64,000 bases of DNA from Tubiluchus corallicola (Eukaryota; Animalia; Priapulida). The position numbers and the translations under genes are program-made. The notes under the pieces are model-generated. The model saw only the letters and a list, made by a program, of their open reading frames with translations. It had not been told where the DNA came from and did not search any database. Location: positions 1 through 64,000 of the forward strand of contig JAQGDQ010000367.1 of NCBI GenBank assembly GCA_030141605.1, given 5' to 3'. Below are positions 51,675 through 64,000 of this stretch, one piece after another. How positions within the stretch are numbered: position 1 is the stretch's first letter; every line of letters starts with the position of its first letter.

Positions 51675-52810
51675 TGTTAACGTTCATAATGTAACAAGCA
51701 GGATTGTACAGGAAAAATGCTACATTATGTAGCAAAACTCATTACGTAACAAATTTTACATCCTTATGTAACAATCAACATGCAACAATTTTGGCGTCAT
51801 TATGTAACAATCAGTTAGTAGCAAAAAATACATTATGTAATAGCCTAACCGGGTCTAGGTTTGCGTCTTTCTGTTTTAGATTTGGGCTCCAATTCGATCT
51901 GGTTTTGTCTGGGGTGTGGTATATGAGAGGTCTTCCTTTTGGAGGTCTAGTCTGTCTGAGGTCTAATCTATCACAGGTGTGGTCTGTCTGAGCCTGATCT
52001 GTCAGAGGTGTGGTTTGGTTGAGTTTGATCTGGCGTGGGTCAATGAGAGAAAGTGGAACATGTTCCCAAGTTTGATCTGGCATGGGTCAATGAGAGACAG
52101 TAGAACATGTTCCCAAGTTTGGTTTGGCATGGTTCAATGCGAGAAAGTAGAACATGTTCCCAAGTTTGGTTTGGCATGGGTCAATGTGAGAAAGTGAAAC
52201 ATGTTCCCAAGTTTGGTTTGGCATGGTTCAATGAGAGAAAGTGGAACATGTTCCCAAAAAAGGGGTATTTTATGTCCGGCACGGATCCCTAGTTCTTCGT
52301 CATGTTATTGTAAACTAGTCCGCAGAATCGCAGGTCATAAAGAAGCCCTATTTTTTTCACTCGGATTCAACCCAGCCAGGCTAGACCTCTGCCAGATTAG
52401 AACCTCAGACCGATCGGGCAAAGACAGACTAGCCACAGACCAGATCTCTATTAGATCAGATTTCAGACAGACCAGCCGCAGACCACAGATAGATCAAAAC
52501 CTCAGACAGACCAGACCCCAAACACATCAGCCACAGACCACACCTCTGACAAATCAATTCGCAGCCATACCAAAACCCCCACAGGGCAGCCACACACCAA
52601 AGGCCAGACTGATCCAGACCATGACAACATCCTATCTTAGACCAGGATTAACCTGTTACGCAATGAATCATTTTTCGTTGCATAATGATTGTTACATAGT
52701 GATGAGTTTTGTGATTTGTTACATAATTCAGCATTTTTGGTTACATGTATTTTTGGTTTTAATGCTGCATGTCACACAATGAGCATTTTGTTACATAATG
52801 AGCCCTAACA
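51675..52810. mobile_element. Foldback-like element (~1.1 kb) with modular inverted arms and a central 47-bp tandem array
   Basis: Left arm is rich in attatgtaacaa then gtctg; right arm is rich in cagac then ttgttacataat. Termini are tgttaacgttcataatgtaacaa / ttgttacataatgagccctaaca. Confidence 0.7.
52020..52256. repeat. 47-bp tandem repeat, 5 copies
   Basis: Unit aagtttggtttggcatgggtcaatgagagaaagtggaacatgttccc. Confidence 0.95.
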
Positions 52811-53828
52811 ATTGTTAATTTCAACAATAATCAACAAAATTAACTATACTGATTAGTATGATTATTATAATTATGATTGCGAAACCAAAGGATCTGCCTA
52901 CCTTTTTAGTTACATACTTCATAGTTGCTTAATAACGTTTTGGCTGTTTCCTGAATCAGCGATTTGTTTGTTTATTTATTCGTTCGCTTGTCCTGTTCAT
53001 TTATTGTTTATTCGCTTTTTCATACGTTCAATCCTCCGTCCGTCCAGTCACTTTTTCTGTCCGTCACTCACCCATTTGTTCATTTTTACAAACTTTCCAA
53101 AAGTGCAACGGAATACGATTACGAATTATGCAAAAACGCATTGTGAGATTTTCAGGATCAGGCTGGGAAGATTTCTAAAATGCCAAGTGCAAAAAGCGCG
53201 ACATAAACAAAATTTAATGTCAGTGATTTACGTCACTAGTAACGGAAGAAGCGTGACTGAGGGAAGAGGTTTCAGATTTTCTTTAAGAATTGTTGTCGAG
53301 AGTTTTTGCCTCTCGCAGACTTTTTCAAAATGTCTCGCAACCGCACATGAATTTTTCTCACATTCTAAATTAACGTGTTTTCATTTCTTTCATAAAAAAT
53401 GATTACTTTCGTACAACATATAGGTTGGCAAATCACAAACTAATCCAAGCCCACATTATTTTTACAGCATAATCCAGATTGCAGTTTGTGCTTCAGAATA
53501 CACTTAATGCGATGCAATTTTTTAAAGGATAATAAGATTTCAGAATAATTAATAGGGGAAGTGGCAGTAAGGGACTATGCTATCAGACTACATACTGAAA
53601 AGTATCATTGAATTTTTGTTAGACTGCTGCCTATACAGGTATTCTGCTTAACAGGCAGAGCAGAAGGCAATTCAGACATTCTATGCTACATGCATTCTAC
53701 TATACTACATCTGCTTTAAAAATACTGGGATAAGCGGTAGTAGTACTGAGCTGAGTAGCCGAGCAGTGAACTTTAGTCATGAACGCAACAAATATCTGAA
53801 TAAGTATAATAATTATGAAAAGGTGTGA

Positions 53829-54041
<213 letters not shown>

Positions 54042-56882
54042 TCGCTCTACATTTCTGTATCTTTACACGTACTTCCATATGGCGTGTGCAGATTATTTGT
54101 ACGTAAAATTGTAATAACCAAAATATCGCAAATGGTTTATGTTATTATACATTTAATTATTTGTGCGCAAAAACAAGAATAGCAGCCAATCATAAAAGCT
54201 GAATTTCAGACTCGGATTTGTACGTACACAGATTGTCCTTAAGGCACAACAATTGATTACCTCTCGGTACATTATTATTGCAGCGCGATCGAACAACTCA
54301 GTGCTGTGGCTGCTATCTCGCCATTATGTCTGAATGCTAATAGACAGTTAGATAATCACAAATTTAAACAAACGAGAGATATTGACGTTCCGAGTAGCAG
54401 GCTAAAACCCCTGATCACATATGCCTATCGACATTCAACGAACCTGTGCTAAGAAATGCAACAGCTGCTTCAAATGCGTCCGTTTTAAAAGACGGTAACG
54501 GAAAATCTAATCTTGTTGGAGCAGTAGTTTTCCTACAGCCATAACGCCATTAATATGTCCCATGCATATAGCAGTTTTTAACTGATAGGTTTTATACATT
54601 TATCATTATATAAAACACATTACAATTTTAGAATGTGAAATTTATGATGCAAAGCAAAAGTACTAATTTGAAAAGAATTTAAATTCAGTCAGACTTTCAA
54701 TTCGCAAGATTGATTTCATCGATTGGCAACAGCAGTACAGATGTGGTACTGAACTGAGGCCGCCTAAAATGCTCTGCCCTCTCTTGGCAAGAATGAGGAA
54801 ACAATGGGATATCGCCCCTTTAAATTGCATCATTTAGCACAAGAGCCTAATTTTAAAGTTGCGAATGTATTTGAATTAAAGTTAATTCATGTTATTCATT
54901 AAGCATAAACAAAAGCATACAATCAATTGTGAGGCATAAGCAAAAGATTAGTACACAACAAACAGTTACGGTGAGAGACACGATAAAGAAGGTATACACA
55001 GTTACTAACCATCCGGATATAACGACCACCTTCTATCAGTCAGTTCTAAATAGTTGATGGAAACAAACATTATATATTAAACGCAATCAGAATATTCTGA
55101 ACCCACAATCTCGAAAGAAAACAAAAGATTGCATAACTAAGGATAGAAACGTTAGAGTAAGTTAAAATTTGGAAGGACGACCATATTAGCGAAAGTATGG
55201 TAGCTGGCAAAAAAAATTAAACAAACAAAACATAAGAATCAAAGTATTCTCACAAATTAAACTAACAACTGACGCAGCAATAAGCAGTGGATTACAAATT
55301 TATCTAGTTGTAAACAGAAACAACGCAAAATAAAAATAAGAAATGCAGTAACTTTATAACCCTAACTTCAAACGGAATAGAAATTAGTGCTTGTACCCAT
55401 ACATTAGTAATAAAAACAGCAAAAAAAACAACATAATGAAGAAAAATGAATTAGTAAATAAATGTCTACAACAAAATTGTATCCAAAACATTGTAATCTA
55501 ATACTTAACTGGCTATAACTATTGATCAAGTAACCCATTATTTCATAATTCGGCAATCAATTTTAATTTAGTTTTCGTTGATTCAGTACCCAGTGAAAGA
55601 TTTAACACTAAAGATTGTAAATAACAAGCCATCGCGGATAGTGTTGCTATTATTTTACAATGGTTTAGATATGCAACGTATAGATGCGTATAACTAAATT
55701 GTGATTGCTATCAGATACTGTTCGATGCACTGCTTAGGTAGTTTGTAAGAAAAATGAATGTCGTTGGAATTGTAGTAAAACTTGAAAAGCTTTTAATTAA
55801 CTGGAACAAGTTGCTCTTTAGTCACACAATTTGTGAAATGTTCCGTTGCACTACTTGCATTTTAATGCAGCTATAAAGCAATTACTGTATTTTCCCTTTT
55901 TACGAACATGTGTTAGGCTTCCAATCAATCTTGTGACCACGATGAAAATGCCAAGTGAACGATTTTCACACTGTCGCCTCCACTTCACCTTACACCGCGA
56001 CTACTTTCCTCACCCTCTTGGGTAGCCTCTACAAGAGCCCAAGTCAGGGGAAATTATTCAGGATCACTATTATTAAGCTACCGCATTTAAGTTAACACAT
56101 TGTAGTTACAGTTCCTATTCTACATATTTTGCAAAGAAAGAGGATAGAAGTAGAACTTAATTCATTTTTAAAGTAATGAAAGTCATTTTGTAATTTAAAG
56201 TTCAACGTTCAATTTGAATTTTGTAAAGGTTCCAATAGTCAAAAAAAGTTAAAATTTGTGTGCTGAAATTACATAGATAAGAAAAGTGGCAAAGTCAATT
56301 TTACTGTTTCGTTAACTTTAAGGTTGTTTACTATTGTTGCTAACAATGCCATGTTATTGTTAACTTTTGTTTTGTTTTTTTTTTGTTCAAAAGAAAGGAG
56401 ATGTTATGTATTAATGCATCAGAACGCATTGTAAATAAAGTAATTCGGCAACACGCATACTAGTGTATTTCGTTATTTCTACTAGATAGAAATCCAGGTA
56501 CATCAACATAAAACATGTAAAATTCGTGAGCTGCGAACGAAGAACTATACAATCTGCACTAGTAGTGACACTTGGCTCAACGAAAAACTCTGGACAACAG
56601 ATGACTCCAACTGGGCAGTTATATACGTTGCAGCGATTTCAGGGCCACTTTAACACTGACAACCAAGAAACATCTTCATACTGATTACTACGCAGACTAA
56701 TTGTTAATCAAGCATTTAGACTTTGCATTTTTGCTAAACAGAATTTTTTCTAACAACGTAAAGACGAAACACAAACTGTGCCAGTTAGTTCAATTAGTTT
56801 ACGCGTCACTCCTGTAAGGGACACAAAGTTGAAAACAACGCACAGTTATCAAAAATATGAATCAACTGGTTGCAAAACTTAC

Positions 56883-56958
56883 CTAAAAGCAGCAATAGTA
56901 TAAAAACTATTAGTAAACCGGTGTAAGAACGAATGTTTGCTATCCGTATAATTTCCAT
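56883..56958 (-). CDS. qvr: Probable quiver first coding exon (signal peptide)
   Basis: MEIIRIANIRSYTGLLIVFILLLLL with strong donor tag|gtaagt, phase 1. It joins exon 2 to complete a signal peptide (..LLLASLPLLVA-QD). A GC/CpG-richer region lies immediately upstream (56960-57170). Total protein 162 aa. Confidence 0.75.
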
Positions 56959-57404
56959 TCATGACATGACAGCCGGCCATGGTCGCCACACGTCTTACTC
57001 AAGTCACCGCCATGTGGTTTGCGTGAAGCCAAACGCTCAGGCGGAGGAAGCCATCCTCAGTAGGCAAGAGAACTGCAAGGGATTTCAGAATCGAGGGAAA
57101 TTTGCCGCGGCGTGTGGCAGTTACAGGGCTGAAATAGCCTGACAGCTCTGTAACAGTGGCAGCGCGTTTTCTCAAACGGTTCTCATCCTTTCACATGCAA
57201 TGAAATCCTTTGGCGTTCATTTTGAGACAGAAATAAAATTTGGCATTGCATCTGAATGACTTGCAACTCACCGTGGCGAACTGCTACCATCCCGTCAGAG
57301 TGACTCGCAAGTCGTTTGACATTTCTCACAACTATTACTAAGAATTCATAAGCACTAGCATTAGCACCAAACTGGCAAACAACGGAACTTTAGTTTGGTT
57401 TAAA

Positions 57405-58020
57405 CATAATTTATTGTAGGATTGGATCAGACTGTTTGAACAACATGATTTAGGATCCTCACCACAACAGACTTTATTCACTATTTACAAAAACATTTAC
57501 AGTAAGAATTGACTATAACTACACAAGCTGACAAGTTTTACTACAAGATTACATTAGAATTAGTAGAAAATGACGGTTATAAAATATTAATGTACGAATA
57601 TTTAAGACTGATGCATTTCATATCAGATAGAAACTACTGGAAGCGTTTAGTACGTAATATAAAGTCATGTATGCATTGGAATATTTTACAGTTAGCAACA
57701 TAGTTAAATTCATCTTTTCCACATAATAACAACCTCAACAGATCATTAGTTCCTAAGGCAGCTATAGTAAGGTTTTCAGGCAGAAGCATTTCATTTAGTT
57801 TATCAAACATAACAACCCTAGTTTGTTGATACAATGGGCAGTGCAACAAAAAGTGTTCAGCAGACTCGGAATCGAAATCCACAGTTACAGTTCGGCAATA
57901 CTGGATGACCGTTATTATCTTTACAGCCTTTAGAGAAAGGGTCATAGTTTAGCTGAGAAAATCCGATTCTCATGCGCGTATGATGCACTGAAATTGGAGG
58001 TTTACCAAATGAAAAATGTT
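57405..58020 (-). mobile_element. 5'-truncated CR1-group LINE 3' end
   Basis: CNCGF/DSESAEHFLLHCPLYQQTR...LLRLLLCG...ANCKIFQCIHDFILRTKRFQ* with a frameshift and stop upstream; AATAAA (minus) at 57410-57415. Confidence 0.85.
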
Positions 58021-61000
58021 TCTTACGGAACTTTAACTACCTTCCCACAAGTATATCAAGAACCCTCGCACAGTTAATACACCAGACGATATATTAATAT
58101 TACTGGCAAAATTCTATGCTGAAAAAATATACTCAGTTCAAACCTAAAAGGAGAGCTTGCCTTTTTTACCATTGATTTCACTGTGGAATGTAATTAATCT
58201 GAAAAACAACAAATTTTTCCCAACAAAATACATGTTCACGTCTCTGCCACTCTAACAGAGACTACAACTAATTTTACTACGGGTTCCAATTTTTCCTTAG
58301 CAATATTTTGGTTAGGCAAAAATAATAAGTTCATGACATCAATCGACATCACGTCAGAGTGGCGACTTAACTTGCTGGGTTACAGGCTTGCAGTGGCGTG
58401 CAGTCCGTTCATGCAACGCATGCCTTCTAATTTCCAAAAAAGAATTACGATGTAAAAGCACTTGTAAATATTTTCAATAATTAACTATTATTGCTAATAT
58501 TTATTAACGTTTTACGCTCGTATTGTATTGTAACGTCGATAGGCTATAGGTTTTGCGAAACCATTACACTAGGCAAGCGAGTTGGTTAACCGCAGTTTAA
58601 GAAATGAAAAAAATTCATGATAAGATCGCATTGCAGAACTTATTTTAGCTTCTCAACATTTTCTTTTCTTACCATCTGGAATCTTGTATCCTAAAGAAGG
58701 AAAACGAAAAAGAGTAGCCTACTACTTTATAGAACAACGCAGCAGGTATAACTTGGACAAAAAAACTTAGAAAAAATGTGGAGGAAATGCGACTGGGTAT
58801 TTATAAACTTAGTACAGTACGATTAGCATCGTCTCACTTTTCTGCCTGACATGTTTTTGTTTTGGGGTCAAGGTCGCTGTATCCGCAAACAATATTATTC
58901 TGAACTGAAATTTGTTATCTTGCTGGTAGTTACCCCGCTATTATATTGTATATTTGAGGAAATTTTGGTCAATAAATCTACTACTTCTACTACTACTACT
59001 AGCACCTTTTTCTGTCAGTAGATGACACCACATGCTTTATACAAAAACCGCAGCAAAGTGTTTTGTGACCACCCATTATTTTTCTTATCTGATAAACAGA
59101 AATTGCTCGTGGTTTACATTTGTGGAAGTAAGTTCATGGCTATTATTCGAATATTATTAATTTCAACAGTTTAGCGCTAATAATTTTGCTGCAATGTGAT
59201 TCTACTTTAATTTAATTTAATATTGTACTTCAGTGTGATTTTAATTACTGTGGCTTTAACTTGCATTCTATTTCAAGGTGATTTTAACTACGTGCTGTTT
59301 TTTTTATATAACTTTATAGTCTGTTTTTTAACTAACGTGATTTTAGTATGACTTCATAAATCATGGCTACTCATGCTGGGAATAATAAATGATGAATGTT
59401 TCTGATGTGACATGGATGGTGGTTAATTTAATGTAAACTTACAACGTGAAAATATTCGTCGTTATTGTCAACTGTGCGCCTGATGGTCGCGGCCGCAAGA
59501 GTTACATATTGAGGTGGACGAATGTTATCATTTAGTGGCCGGTTTCTACCTGGGCGATTTTCATATAAAATCCACAAAATGTCTACGCCACATTTTTCAG
59601 CACATTAAATGTTTGTTGAGCAACCAACTGAATTTTGCACAAGCTAAATCTTCTAATCCCACTTTCAGCAGGCAGTTCATCACCCTCGTATGTTAGTCTA
59701 GGTATTCTCTCTCACTGGTCCTGTAACTCTACCCACTATCGTGGATTAGTTTCAGGTGCTATCTACTTTACCTTAATTCACATCCAGGTTTCGTGCGAAT
59801 ACAAGTTAATAATCGCACCACTTACTGAAGTCTTTAGTATCTACTGATTCCCTCTTAGACTAAGCAGGCTCTCACACAAGTTAGCAAAATTTTGCTATTA
59901 CCTCTTCAAGTACAGCAACGCGTAAAAAATTTGCTGCACACAGTACCACCGTCCCCAAACAAGACTTATCAATGACTCCCCTTTTCCATGCTGGAATATT
60001 TTTTACTTATTTTATGTTTATCATTAATTTCTTTCAGAACAGTTTGACAATTTTTTTAAAGAAAATGACCATGTTTTAGCTGAGCACACGAAAGCACCAT
60101 ACTGAGAGTTTAAATAGAATACCTAAAATGGCCTAACTACAAAAAGGCAAAAGGAAAATAATTTTAGTAAACTTGAAAATTTATTGGCAGTGTACATCCA
60201 TCACTAACACGCAACGGATTAGTACATGAAACAATATCTTCCGCACGTCCTCATGCTTGCAGTACACAATTATTCATTGTCAGCTGCTACAACAGCAATG
60301 CGTTACAAGTCAGGCCAAGAACTGAAAACATTATTCCTACAATAGATACTTAGTTATACATCATGTACCCGATTCATGCTCGACATAAAGACAAATGATT
60401 AATTACAATCATGAAATATTGATTAATTAATCAGGTAATGCAAACTGAGTTAGCTAGTTTCCTTCATTAATTCTACTAACACCAAGGCTGCTACACGATT
60501 TTGATCAATAAGTTTTTATACACCAAAGTTACTCTGTAACACTAGCTAAATTTGTTGACAGAAATTGTGTAGCTGTGCATTTTTAAGTACAATAGATTAC
60601 TTCACCTATCAAAAAAAAACCAGCAAAACAGGCATAATTAATGAAATTTTGCTTTTAAAAACTAGCAATAAGAACAGAGCAATATAACTGGATTATCTTT
60701 AGAAAAAAAGACACTTCAGCTAGCTTCAAAATATGTCTGAAGTAAGAAGAGTAAACCAATGCTCAGTACACTGATACAATCTTCTGTTAGTGTTCCACGG
60801 AATCTAACGGAACTAAATGACCGTCTATTTCTCTAAATACGTTACAGATCGTAATCTTACTACAACTCAAAATCAACAGAGAAAGTGTCAGTCTGCACCT
60901 GACATTCTGCTTTTAAAAACTAGCAATAAGAACCTTATTTACTTTGAAATTCCCCTTAGAAATTATAATACTTTAACGTACGAACAAGAATTCAAGATGT

Positions 61001-61126
61001 TCAGCCTATTAATACTACTCAGTCTGCAAAAGATCGAATAGCCATTGATAATTTTTAACATTAATAAACAACGTCCAGCAGGTTGTATTTAAAGTATACA
61101 TCATTTCCTACAGCCGATAGTACAAT

Positions 61127-61327
<201 letters not shown>

Positions 61328-62371
61328 TTAATGCATGGAGGAAGTCAAACAACTAGCCCTTTTCAAAAACTACTGGGAGGAGAACAATGGCAATGCTATC
61401 CCTTCAAATCATCAGCAGTCATATCATTTTAAAATAACTTCATGCTGTAAATCGATCTGTCAACCATTTGACGTAAAAATGAGTGTGAAATGTATAAAGC
61501 ACGGGGATCATCTCACCCCAGACAGAGTACCAAAGGGTCAAATTATGCCCCAGATTTTTTTTGTTTTTTTATGGGTATCAAAATAAAATTATCAAAAAAT
61601 TAATGGAAAAAATTGAAGGTAATTTTTGGGTATTACTGGGCTTTCTTATGCTGTTATTGCAGTTAACTATGTTTTATATATATAAATAAGTTGCTTTGTA
61701 GACATGAAAAAAGATCAATAGCACTCAAAAATACTTAATTTTCAATAATTGTAATACCCTTCAGTATAATAGTCATCATCAGACTCATAAACACTAGCGT
61801 AAAAAACGTACTTAATTTTCAATAACTGTAATACCTTCAGTATAACATACATCATCAGACTCACGAACGCTAGTGTATTATTCATAGTAGCACTACTAAT
61901 TAAATCACGGTTGGTACTGAGGGTAGAGGAAACTAGTAATTTGCAAATTTGCATGTGAAGTTGCACAGTGCGTGAAAACTGAAATTTGACGCATGTGTGC
62001 ATGTCAAAGTCTTAAGATGCTTGTAGCATATGTCTGTAGTAGGAAGTAGGAAAATAGAAAATGTATCTTCGTATAAGGATATGCATCCAAAGCAAAGAAG
62101 ACTATTAGAAAAAACTTCTATTGCAAATCAAAGATTTCATCATTTCAAACAATGTTATTATTGATTTTTCAATTGTCAGCTTTAATCTCTGGGACATATT
62201 TGCTGCCCATGAAGGCATTAATTCGTTAAGGACAGTTAGCCTAACACAGTGTTTCGCTGGAACACATTGAAATCATAAACGAGGATTTACTGACTGTATA
62301 TAAGCATGTATAAGTAATCGCACTAATAAACAACTAAGAAGCTTCCTTTCACTAAATTACAAGCAACTAAC

Positions 62372-62468
62372 CTGAGCCAGCCACACCAACCGTGGCAGCA
62401 CCGGCCCCAATAAATTTAGCGGCAGAATCTATGTCTCGCTTGACAGCGCTTGTTTGGAATCCACGCAT
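62372..62468 (-). CDS. ATP5MC: ATP synthase subunit c exon (presequence end and mature N-terminus)
   Basis: [32 protein letters not shown]; tttttctag / gttagt. Confidence 0.98.
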
Positions 62469-62859
62469 CTAGAAAAAGGCAAATTAAAACATTCATTGCG
62501 GCCTGAATTTAGCATGGTTGAAAACAACTCCCTGTTACTTTGCTTATCAAATGTCTTTGCAATCAACAGTGGCGGCATGTCATAATTTTTTATGTAAGCC
62601 GCACGGTAACTAGGTGCCAGATCATGTGCAATATATGCCCCATTACAAATGCTTGTGTTGCAAACGCAATTTTACAAAAGAAACAACAAAATCAGCTAAC
62701 AAGCAGCACAAAATTTTGCAGCTGTACAAATGTACAGACCTATAGGCTTGTCACTAAAACACACATAAAACAGATCACTAAAGTTTAGGCTACAGATAAA
62801 CACATGAAAATCTTGTCGCAAAAACACGTAAAAAACCAAAAATTATTCAACCTAATCAC

Positions 62860-62940
62860 CTGACTAAGAAATGGAGAAATGGCTAACGAATCACCAAACT
62901 GACCATTAAATCCCGTCAGTCCACTATATGTTCCTAAACT
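62860..62940 (-). CDS. ATP5MC: ATP synthase subunit c presequence exon (81 nt)
   Basis: tttcag|SLGTYSGLTGFNGQFGDSLAISPFLSQ|gtgatt; phase 0-0, open. Confidence 0.75.
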
Positions 62941-63165
62941 CTGAAATTCATAAATAAATTGCTAATTAATTTAGTCTGTAGAAGTAATACATCAGTTAAA
63001 TAAAAATACAAGGACAAAAAAATCAAAGTTGAGCAAGATATGCATCTGATAACCATGCCATAACTAGGTAATGTTAGAAATTTATGTTTAGTTTGTAAGG
63101 TACTAGTAAACAAAAGTTTAAGTACGAGAAAAAAGAATAAGATAAATTCGTAACAAAGTAGTTAC

Positions 63166-63231
63166 CTGATCATTTCTAGAGGTTACTGCAGCTATTAAAG
63201 GTCGCGCTGCATTGGTCCTTGTAGACGAAAT
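63166..63231 (-). CDS. ATP5MC: ATP synthase subunit c presequence exon (66 nt); start exon probably beyond the window
   Basis: gtttcag|ISSTRTNAARPLIAAVTSRNDQ|gtaact; Arg/Ser/Thr-rich transit-peptide composition. Confidence 0.82.
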
Positions 63232-64000
63232 CTGAAACGACAACAAGGCTTTAGAAACAATAGACTAAGAGAGAAAAGCATTATTAATATGCAATGATAA
63301 TCAAATTACTTTTGCAAACCTGCAAAATTTCCACTAATTTGCAAAAATATTAAATTTTCAAAAAGATACTATTGTCAAAAGTTGTGCTGTATTTCTGAAA
63401 GTGAAAATAACAACCAAACTTATAGGTGTCTGTTAAATGCACATGCAAATATGACAAAAGTAAAAACTAACTCGGAAATTGAAACAGCTAAATTTTCATC
63501 AATTTCATTACTCATTTATTAATCAGTATCACCTTCTACTAAAAAATCTTACACAGTGTCATTGCCATACTTCATTGGAATAAACAAACAACTTAAGACA
63601 ACACAACTGATGTAAACAATAGGCCAGATTTACTGCCTTTGTAGATATAGTACAATTATTTAATAGATAGTCGAAAATTAAATTTTGTGAGAAAAATTGC
63701 AAAGTCTTGCAAATTGAGAATTCCAAAGCTATGCTACTATGTAAATAACAGTCAAGTAAATTTAAGATTTAAATATGGTTGTACTGTAGATCTAAACGAA
63801 AATGTAAAGTTAAAGGTTAAGAACTCATTTAAAGATTGTTTTAAGATACCTGTTATAGATTCTTTCAACACTATATACTGTAATATAATTACAAGGGTAC
63901 TGAAGTGAGTGGATATTATAAAATTGAATTTCTGTAGATATGTTACTTTACTAACATCCCATTACCTGTTTTACTAACATCTGTTGTCTTTGTAAGCTGT

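Noticed and set aside
61733-61878. Intronic C/D snoRNA in the ATP synthase c gene (TGATGA...CTGA on the minus strand)
   Set aside because: The boxes arise from a ~77-bp tandem duplication; no terminal stem or recognisable rRNA guide is visible.

Overview
AT-rich, intron- and microsatellite-rich animal genomic DNA. The clear quiver/sleepless orthologue suggests a protostome-like invertebrate. Four genes can be built by eye from GT-AG, phase-compatible exons. (1) A small stand-alone MYND zinc-finger gene (-, 5608-5979, with a probable non-coding first exon near 7.1 kb). (2) A 7-exon matrix metalloproteinase without a hemopexin domain (+, 9100-22644, ~373 aa). (3) A quiver/sleepless Ly6 three-finger gene (-, 56958-29332, ~162 aa) with a ~25 kb first intron. 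(4) The 3' part of mitochondrial ATP synthase subunit c (-, >63231-61127). The window opens with an inverted repeat (arms at least 1.2 kb) whose 448-bp spacer holds a probable terminal coding exon. Intergenic and intronic DNA holds MITEs (Kolobok-like, hAT-like, foldback), 3' remnants of non-LTR retrotransposons, a tRNA/5S-chimeric SINE-like family, minisatellites and long microsatellites. The most notable observation is a pair of tandem 45-nt paralogous exons in quiver. They are 52 nt apart and differ mostly at synonymous sites, so they look like mutually exclusive exons that switch one residue (R/S) next to the conserved N-terminal cysteine. All gene models are manual predictions without transcript evidence.
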